Shown here in pieces: positions 24,459 through 30,509 of a stretch of DNA of 30,509 bases. How positions within the stretch are numbered: position 1 is the first letter of the stretch; every line of letters begins with the position of its first letter. The stretch covers positions 1-30,509 of IMG/VR virus record IMGVR_UViG_3300033475_000116. One strand, written 5' to 3'. Under the pieces are notes generated by a model. That model saw only the letters and a list, made by a program, of their open reading frames with translations, had not been told where the DNA came from and searched no databases. The DNA is from a virus. Its lineage: Duplodnaviria; Caudoviricetes. A program made the position numbers and the translations under genes.

Positions 24459-26342
24459 ATGGCATCCCTGGGTCGCGCTTATATCGAGGTACATGCCGAT
24501 ACTTCGCCTTTTGGCAAAGAACTACGCAAAGACCTAGATAAGTATCTTGCGGCTGCCGATAAGCAAATGGGCACGGCCGGTGCCAAGCACGGCAAGACCT
24601 ATTCGAAAAGCTTCGAATCCGAGGCGTCAAAAGGCTTCGACACCGCGCTCAAGGACTTCCGGACCTTCTCCAGCAAGGTAACCAGCGAAAGCAGAGGCAC
24701 CGGGTCCCGGCTAGGACGAGGGCTTCGCTCTGGCCTGCGGGACTTCGAGAACGACACCAGCACCACCGTCAAGCGAGTGTCCGGCTACTTCTCGTCGCTG
24801 TTCACGAACGCCACCACTGGCATCCAGTCCTGGACCAACTCGTTCGGGAAACTGGTCGCCTCCGGTCTGCCCGGGCTCGCCACCATGGCCGCGCTGCTTG
24901 ATGTGATCGTGGCGTTGATCTTCGCCGCCATTCCACTGGTGGATGCTCTGGCCGGTGCGCTGATCGTCGGCTTGGGCGGTTCTATCGCTGCGGTCGCCTT
25001 CCTGCTGGCACCCATCATCCTGGCCTTCCACCAGCTTTCCGCGATCCTGCCTGACCTGACGGCGAGCCAAAAGAAGTTCAACGCGCAACTGAAGCTGCTA
25101 CCGGACAGCCTCAAGCCACTGGCTGAAGTGCTGCGCACCATTGCCCTGGCGATCAAGAACCTGCCGCTGGGCGACTTCGTTAAGGAGATCGTCCCGCCGC
25201 TTCAGGTGATGGCGAAGTTCTTCCAGTCGAAGGCTTTCCGGACCGCGTTCTCGCAGCTTGCCGACGATGCTGGTCGCCTGGTCGCGGACCTGCTCTACAT
25301 GTTCGAGACGCCGAACGCGGGCAAGGCGTTCCTGACGTTCATGGGCACTGTCCATCAGGTGTTCCTGTCGATTCGGCAGGTAGTGGAGATCCTTGGCGGC
25401 GCCATCGCCAACGTGTTCAACGACCCGGGCGTGCAACTGGCGATCCAGCGGTTCGCTGACCTGATCTCGACCATCCTGATCGACTTCGCTGGCTGGCTGA
25501 ACCGGGTCTCCACGGACGGCAGCCTGGACCAGTTCCTGAATGACGCCCTGATGATCCTGGGCGACATGTTCACCATCCTCCAGCAGGTCATGCTTCTGTT
25601 CTTGACGCTGGCGTCACCGGAGAACATGAAGAACCTGCACGAGTTCTTGCTGTTCATCGCCACCCTGCTCCACGAGATCACCGGATACCTGGCCAGCAAG
25701 GAAGGCCAGCGGTTTATGCGGGACCTCTACATCGGCCTGGAGTTGGCGATCTCCACGGCGACAGTGTTCCTGATCCTGATGTTCGCGATCAGCGCCGCCA
25801 TCCACGACATCGGCGTGGTCGGTAAGGCTGCCTGGAACGGCATCAAGATTTTCGGTACCGCCGCGCTGGATTCGCTGATCGACATGGTCAACACCTTGAT
25901 CGGTGGCATCAACCACCTGATCGATCTGCTCGACCACATCGGCGCCCATATCCCGCACATTCCGAAGATCCCGAAGATCGGTGGTGGCGGAGGCGGGGGT
26001 CATGGCGCTCAGACAGGTACCCAGCCTGCACCGGGTGCGCAGACCGGCACCCAGCCTCCGGCGCCCACGCCGATTCTGGGTCATGGTCTGGCTGAGGGTG
26101 ACATCATCAGGCAGCCGACGATTGCTCTGATGGGTGAACAGAACCGGCCGGAAGTGGTTATCCCGCTGACCAACCCGCAGCGGGCCCGGCAGTTGGCCAA
26201 CGAGTCTGGTCTTTCGGGCCAGTTGTATGGCCAGCAGATGGTTACCGTGGTGGTGAACCTGGACGGTGCCCCGTTCCGGGCCTACACTGCCGCTGCGTTT
26301 GATGCTGTTGGGCAAGAACTAACGACAGGGACACGTTCATGA
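24459..26342 (+). CDS. tape measure protein (short, 627 aa)
   Basis: N-terminal LGRAYIEVHADT, long amphipathic/hydrophobic helices, C-terminal LA.G.I...PT.A..GE...PEVVIPL. Confidence 0.85.
   Translation: MASLGRAYIEVHADTSPFGKELRKDLDKYLAAADKQMGTAGAKHGKTYSKSFESEASKGFDTALKDFRTFSSKVTSESRGTGSRLGRGLRSGLRDFENDTSTTVKRVSGYFSSLFTNATTGIQSWTNSFGKLVASGLPGLATMAALLDVIVALIFAAIPLVDALAGALIVGLGGSIAAVAFLLAPIILAFHQLSAILPDLTASQKKFNAQLKLLPDSLKPLAEVLRTIALAIKNLPLGDFVKEIVPPLQVMAKFFQSKAFRTAFSQLADDAGRLVADLLYMFETPNAGKAFLTFMGTVHQVFLSIRQVVEILGGAIANVFNDPGVQLAIQRFADLISTILIDFAGWLNRVSTDGSLDQFLNDALMILGDMFTILQQVMLLFLTLASPENMKNLHEFLLFIATLLHEITGYLASKEGQRFMRDLYIGLELAISTATVFLILMFAISAAIHDIGVVGKAAWNGIKIFGTAALDSLIDMVNTLIGGINHLIDLLDHIGAHIPHIPKIPKIGGGGGGGHGAQTGTQPAPGAQTGTQPPAPTPILGHGLAEGDIIRQPTIALMGEQNRPEVVIPLTNPQRARQLANESGLSGQLYGQQMVTVVVNLDGAPFRAYTAAAFDAVGQELTTGTRS
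26004..26066 (+). repeat. in-frame tandem repeat GAQTGTQP(A/P) x2 in the tape measure
   Basis: two ~30-nt copies with synonymous differences. Confidence 0.7.
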
Positions 26343-26548
26343 TTGACAAGCTCATTGGCGCTATCAAAAAGCTAGCGCCCTACCGCAAGGGTGTCATTGG
26401 GGCGGTTGGATTCCTGGCCGAACTGATCATCCAGCTAGGTGTCGGCGGCGAAGCCCAGAAGTGGGCTACCATCATCATTGGAGCTTTGACGGCCCTCGGT
26501 GTCTATTCGGTTCGCAATGCGAAGCTGCCAAGTGCACCGGTTCAATAA
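26339..26548 (+). CDS. holin-like small membrane protein
   Basis: ATGA coupling; YRKGVIGAVG...ALTALGVYSVRN; two hydrophobic segments. Confidence 0.7.
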   Translation: MIDKLIGAIKKLAPYRKGVIGAVGFLAELIIQLGVGGEAQKWATIIIGALTALGVYSVRNAKLPSAPVQ

Positions 26549-26565
26549 CTGGTTCGACAAGCATT

Positions 26566-26586
26566 GGCCCGCCATAATGGCGGGCC
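26566..26586. terminator. hairpin between convergent structural operons
   Basis: GGCCCGCCA-taa-TGGCGGGCC perfect 9-bp stem. Confidence 0.7.
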
Positions 26587-26625
26587 TTGCTGTTGCGTGG
26601 GTGCTGTACCTATTCGAAGCTGCGC

Positions 26626-26976
26626 TCAGGCAAGTGAGATAGCCCTGAACGATAGGTCCGTGGAGGTTGAGTCGATCAGCAGGATTGGACCGTAGAAGTT
26701 GGTCGGGAACGGGCCCACATAGATCGGGCAGGTCGCGGAGACCGGAACCGTGTACGTCCTCGATGTGATCGTCTGGCCATCCACGTTGTTCGGTAGCTGA
26801 ACCGAGAAGGTACGTGTGGCCGCACCGTTGGCATTTGTGACCTCCAGGAACGAGTAGCCGTCGTTGGCGGCCTGGTTCCCGTTGGTGGTGTCGCTAGCCG
26901 TTGGCGCCGGGGTGCCCTTGACCACCTGCGTGGTCCGGCTCATTTGCACGACCGGAATGTTCAGCCGAGTTGCCAT
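26626..26976 (-). CDS. small beta-rich virion protein (head decoration-like)
   Basis: ATG 26976; D.TNGN..ANDG..FLEV.N...VDG...GPFP...YG pattern. Confidence 0.6.
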   Translation of the reverse strand: MATRLNIPVVQMSRTTQVVKGTPAPTASDTTNGNQAANDGYSFLEVTNANGAATRTFSVQLPNNVDGQTITSRTYTVPVSATCPIYVGPFPTNFYGPILLIDSTSTDLSFRAISLA

Positions 26977-27298
26977 TGTTCCCACTTCCGCCTTGGCGCC
27001 GGATGTATTCGGTTTCCAGCGAATCCGTAGGACCAATCTTACGGATCAATACGGCGGTTATCCCCCGCACGCGTGCGTTGACTTTCCACGAATCGCGCCA
27101 CTGAACACACGCGCGTAGTTGCATTGAACCGAGCAGGAAGCCATCCAGGTTCCAGTCGAGCACATTGTTCGGGTAAAGCTTCTGCCACCGCTCCATGATC
27201 GCGGCGACTTCCATTGTCTTCTCGACTGGCCACTGCTTCCAGGTCCACGTGACAAGCCTACGAGCCGAATCATAGTTCGGCGGCAAAGCTGCGATCAT
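26894..27298 (-). CDS. hypothetical protein (Trp-rich)
   Basis: ATG 27298 just after the upstream stop; fills the gap; tail overlaps the next gene. Confidence 0.5.
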   Translation of the reverse strand: MIAALPPNYDSARRLVTWTWKQWPVEKTMEVAAIMERWQKLYPNNVLDWNLDGFLLGSMQLRACVQWRDSWKVNARVRGITAVLIRKIGPTDSLETEYIRRQGGSGNNGNSAEHSGRANEPDHAGGQGHPGANG

Positions 27299-27302
27299 TT
27301 CC

Positions 27303-27461
27303 TCAGAAGTGCGCATTAAAAGCAACATACAGGAATGGGAAGCTGAACGCTGCCAGTCCTGCTGCTACCAAATTGAGCCGGGACAAGCCGACCCCAAACG
27401 CAGCCATCACAAAGAAGATGAACGCCACCAGAAAGCAGATGAGTGCTACAGCACCAGTCAT
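27303..27461 (-). CDS. small two-TM membrane protein (52 aa), absent from the ORF track
   Basis: manual translation MTGAVALICFLVAFIFFVMAAFGVGLSRLNLVAAGLAAFSFPFLYVAFNAHF; starts 2 nt after the upstream stop. Confidence 0.7.
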   Translation of the reverse strand: MTGAVALICFLVAFIFFVMAAFGVGLSRLNLVAAGLAAFSFPFLYVAFNAHF

Positions 27462-27463
27462 AC

Positions 27464-27751
27464 TCACTGTTTACCCGGGCAGTCATACCTTCTAATCGCG
27501 ACCTCGACAGCCAGTTGCAGTTTCTTCCCGGCTGGCGTGGTTGGTGGCGAGCTCTGATAGACGCCATCCAGCAGGGTCAGGATCGGGCACATCGCCTGCT
27601 TCGACGCGTCAGACGCCCGGACGGCGAAGACGACACTGGCCAGCGTTACCGCCAGGCATGACACGAAGCAGGCGATGATCCAGTAGATGAACGGCGGCCC
27701 CGGGTGGGTCCTCATCCTCAAAGTGCGAGTGGTCTTCTCACCCGATGCCAT
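27464..27751 (-). CDS. single-TM lysis-cassette membrane protein
   Basis: one TM segment, then C-terminal domain with two Cys; GAGG upstream of ATG 27751. Confidence 0.65.
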   Translation of the reverse strand: MASGEKTTRTLRMRTHPGPPFIYWIIACFVSCLAVTLASVVFAVRASDASKQAMCPILTLLDGVYQSSPPTTPAGKKLQLAVEVAIRRYDCPGKQ

Positions 27752-27766
27752 GCCGAATCGCCTCAA

Positions 27767-28036
27767 TCAGTGTGACAACTGCTCCGGCTGCGGCGGCGGC
27801 TCCAGAGATGATGGCAACTGCTCGACGGTAGTTGTGGTTGTCGTTGAACTTCGAAACATTCCTAGGATCGCGGCTGCGCCGGGGACCCCGAGAATGGCCG
27901 TATAGACCCCCAGTAACGCCACGTTGACGCGACCAGTCCATTCCTGGTGCAGAATCCCGAATGACCCAATCCCCAACAGCGTTATATCCCGGAGCACGGG
28001 GAACCATGCCTGGAACCAAGCCAGCACCTTCTTCAC
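27767..28036 (-). CDS. holin-like membrane protein
   Basis: two hydrophobic segments; immediately downstream of the endolysin; SD GGAG. Confidence 0.65.
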   Translation of the reverse strand: MKKVLAWFQAWFPVLRDITLLGIGSFGILHQEWTGRVNVALLGVYTAILGVPGAAAILGMFRSSTTTTTTVEQLPSSLEPPPQPEQLSH

Positions 28037-28086
28037 GCACGTACTCCAGCCCCTCTATGCGAGTGGATAGTTACCCGATCAGGCGG

Positions 28087-29040
28087 TTAGGGGGTCGGGG
28101 CTTCTGTAACGTCCAGCGTGCCGGTCACATTGAAATGACCGGTCGTGGTACCACTGCCACCAGCCTGAAGCAGCGCCAGGATCTGGTCGATCTTCGCACC
28201 CTGCGCAGTGACCTGGACAGCGAGGGCATCCAGATCCTTCTGAGTGGCGCGACCGTTGAGGGTGTCCTCGTAGTTGTAGTTCATGATCGACGACAGTGAC
28301 GCGGCAGGGCTGATCTCAGTACCCGGCTTGCTGTAGTTCGGCGGGTTGGTGATGTTGGCGTTGTCCCAGATCCGCTTGATGTCGTCATCGGTGAGAGCCA
28401 TGTCTTGTCCTTCCGGGTTCCACCACACGCACGGCGCGGTGAGGCGAATGTTGCCAATATCGGCGGTGCCGCCGAACATCTTCTTACCGTTGTGTTCCTG
28501 GGTGCACACCACATGCGCTGGGGCGTTGCTAGGCGTGTAGAGAACAGGCGGGTTGTTCCAGGCGTACGCGGCCGGGGTGAACGTGCCCACAGTGATCTTC
28601 TGCCCGTACAGGTAGGCGCCAGCGTCAGCCTCAACGTACGGGGTGGGTGGCACCGTATCGGCGCCCTTCCACAATGAGAAGTATTGGGCTATTTGATGGG
28701 TCCATTGGGCCTGGTTGACGTTGGTATCCACGGCCGGAGAGATCGACACACTGTCAGGGATGCCCCTTGCGCGAGCGCCTGACCGAGCCTGCTTAGCGTG
28801 AGCACCACCAGAGCTGGGGTTGTTGACAGGTTCGTCCCCAACGCCTTCGAACAGTGGAAAGAAGCCAGTATCGGGGCCCTGGGCAAACCACGCCTGGATA
28901 CGGGCAGCCGACGACCATTTCGACGATGATCCACCTGCGACATAGCCAGCCAGTACCCGGTAGCCAGCCTTGTATGCCCCGGCCAGGTCGGTCACCTGGT
29001 CAAAGGAGTCATCCCAGTAGGGAACCCAACCTGCGGTCAT
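28087..29040 (-). CDS. endolysin (DUF1906/GH25-like glycoside hydrolase) with C-terminal domain
   Basis: AGY....GYV.....K, PLFE, G..HA..A...AR..GIP....I..AVD pattern; between tail and holin-like genes. Confidence 0.75.
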   Translation of the reverse strand: MTAGWVPYWDDSFDQVTDLAGAYKAGYRVLAGYVAGGSSSKWSSAARIQAWFAQGPDTGFFPLFEGVGDEPVNNPSSGGAHAKQARSGARARGIPDSVSISPAVDTNVNQAQWTHQIAQYFSLWKGADTVPPTPYVEADAGAYLYGQKITVGTFTPAAYAWNNPPVLYTPSNAPAHVVCTQEHNGKKMFGGTADIGNIRLTAPCVWWNPEGQDMALTDDDIKRIWDNANITNPPNYSKPGTEISPAASLSSIMNYNYEDTLNGRATQKDLDALAVQVTAQGAKIDQILALLQAGGSGTTTGHFNVTGTLDVTEAPTP

Positions 29041-29056
29041 AATGCGAAGCTTAACC

Positions 29057-29075
29057 GAAAAGCCCGAATTGGGCT
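29057..29075 (-). terminator. short terminator-like hairpin after the minor tail genes
   Basis: minus strand AGCCC-aattc-GGGCT followed by TTT. Confidence 0.5.
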
Positions 29076-29076
29076 G

Positions 29077-29628
29077 CTACGGCAGGATGGACCTGATCTT
29101 GTTCACAACCAGGTTGGTGTAACCGCAAGCACCACCCGTGCCCGAGCCGAACCAGCGACCGCTCAACGTCAAAGTTGAGTTTGCGGTCACATAGATGTCG
29201 CCGAAAATCTGCACGTCAGTGGCGTTAGCGGCCAAACCGGAAGAGTTGATGCCATCGTAGAGGGTGGTGCCGTTCAACTTCAGCCGCAGGCCCAAGCCAC
29301 CAGCGGTGCCGGAACTAGGCATCGTGGCGAACGCCCAATACACGCCAGGCGTCAACGACAGGATGGTGGGCGAACCGATCACCCAGGCATTCAACTCGTC
29401 CCAGTCCTCGCCGGTGAAACTGATCGTGGTGTCCGTGTTCAACGGCAGCACCTGGCTGTTCGTGAAGACGGAAGTGCCCTTTAGCGTCGTTCCAGCAACA
29501 TTACGGGCATCATAGGCGGCAAACGACGTGTCCATGTCGGTGGCCAAGGTCTGCATCTGAGACTGGTTTATGTTTTCGGCCGAGTCCGGGTAGTGCCATC
29601 CGTAGATCGGCGTGACCAAAGTTGTCAT
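29077..29628 (-). CDS. minor tail protein
   Basis: TP.YG..YP....QMQTLATDMD N-terminus plus beta-rich C-terminus; ATGA coupling. Confidence 0.7.
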   Translation of the reverse strand: MTTLVTPIYGWHYPDSAENINQSQMQTLATDMDTSFAAYDARNVAGTTLKGTSVFTNSQVLPLNTDTTISFTGEDWDELNAWVIGSPTILSLTPGVYWAFATMPSSGTAGGLGLRLKLNGTTLYDGINSSGLAANATDVQIFGDIYVTANSTLTLSGRWFGSGTGGACGYTNLVVNKIRSILP

Positions 29629-30239
29629 GGCGTCAGCACCAGAGGTCCGATGTAGCTCAGCGAGAAACGGCCCGCGCAGGAGACGGTGCCGGACGAGAAG
29701 CTGGCCGATACCCGGAAGTTCATGATGTCTCCGGCGTGGCAGGGGAAGAAGCCAGCGGTTTGTACTCCGTCAAGGATTTGCGGGTTCAGGTTCGAGGTGT
29801 AGGTCCGGTTCGTGGTGGCGATAGTGGTGGTGGGGAAGGAGGCCGTTTTGGTGAGTTGGATCGAGGCGGCGCGTTGCTGATTGACGCCGGGAGCTACTGA
29901 TTCGGTGAAGATCGCGCCCATGCTGACGTACACCCAGCCGTCCACGGTGAACTGCAAAGTCGAGTTGCCGAAGTAGCTGGTATTGAAAAAGATGTCGCCG
30001 TACTGGGTGACGGTTGCACCGGACATGGTGAATCCGAAACTGACGGCGGTGGTGTTTGGGACATTCAGGTTCGGCGGAATGATCGTTGCAGTGCCGAAGT
30101 TGGTGAAGTCCTGGGATTCTCCGTCAATTACCGCAAAAGCATTCTCGGCAGAAATTGCCTGCGCGCCCATTTGCTCGGCATAAGCGCGAGGGTCCGGGTC
30201 CGTGGCATACCAGATTCCATCAGGAATGGTCTTCTTCAT
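29625..30239 (-). CDS. minor tail protein
   Basis: related N-terminus (T.PDGIWY...QMGAQA..AE); Thr/Ser/Gly-rich; TGATG coupling. Confidence 0.7.
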   Translation of the reverse strand: MKKTIPDGIWYATDPDPRAYAEQMGAQAISAENAFAVIDGESQDFTNFGTATIIPPNLNVPNTTAVSFGFTMSGATVTQYGDIFFNTSYFGNSTLQFTVDGWVYVSMGAIFTESVAPGVNQQRAASIQLTKTASFPTTTIATTNRTYTSNLNPQILDGVQTAGFFPCHAGDIMNFRVSASFSSGTVSCAGRFSLSYIGPLVLTP

Positions 30240-30509
30240 CAGATATCACTCACCCAGAAGCCCCACAGTTCACCGTAGGTTGCTGTCTGCACTCCGGAAG
30301 CCGGGGGAAGGGTTGACTGCGGCGAAATCTGAACGCTGACCGATGCGACAGCGGTGGTCGGAAGAATGTTGTTGCAGTAAACAACGATCCCGCGTGACAG
30401 ATAGTTGTTGATGGTGCCACCACCGTCGTAGGTGGTGCCGCTGTAGGTGGACGGGAAAGCCCGGAAGACGTTGCCGACATTCAGGCTGGTGCCAAGCGTC
30501 AAATCGACG
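30239..30509 (-). CDS. minor tail protein, C-terminal fragment (5' end outside the window)
   Basis: frame open to the window edge; beta-rich composition; stop coupled to the next ATG. Confidence 0.6.
   Translation of the reverse strand, partial: VDLTLGTSLNVGNVFRAFPSTYSGTTYDGGGTINNYLSRGIVVYCNNILPTTAVASVSVQISPQSTLPPASGVQTATYGELWGFWVSDI

Noticed and set aside
9616-26548. Gene transfer agent or tailocin
   Set aside because: Adjacent replication module and many early phage genes indicate a complete phage

Overview
GC-rich, gene-dense segment of a tailed (siphovirus-type) actinobacteriophage or prophage. All calls come from motif recognition by eye, with no database searches. Layout: (1) a rightward block of short early-type genes with a ParB-like/DGQHR protein and an Xis-like HTH (105-4185); (2) a leftward replication/recombination block with primase-helicase, Pro/Gln-rich SSB-like protein, Cas4-like exonuclease and HTH (4276-9513); (3) a rightward head-tail operon with TerL, DUF1360-like protein, portal, an antisense HNH, a large maturation protease, hexamer- and pentamer-type capsid proteins, major tail, adaptors, chaperones, a short tape measure and a holin-like gene (9616-26548); (4) a convergent leftward block of minor tail, endolysin, membrane and decoration-like genes (26626 to the end). 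No integrase, DNA polymerase, CRISPR array or canonical tRNA is visible. The strongest unexplained signals are non-coding: a tRNA top-half mimic abutting an SD-less start codon (1892-2026), a hairpin whose loop is a perfect 14-nt complement of the ribosome-binding site of a gene about 6 kb away (6828-6872 vs 944-957), five apparently leaderless TANNNT-ATG starts, and a repeat-containing capsid leader.
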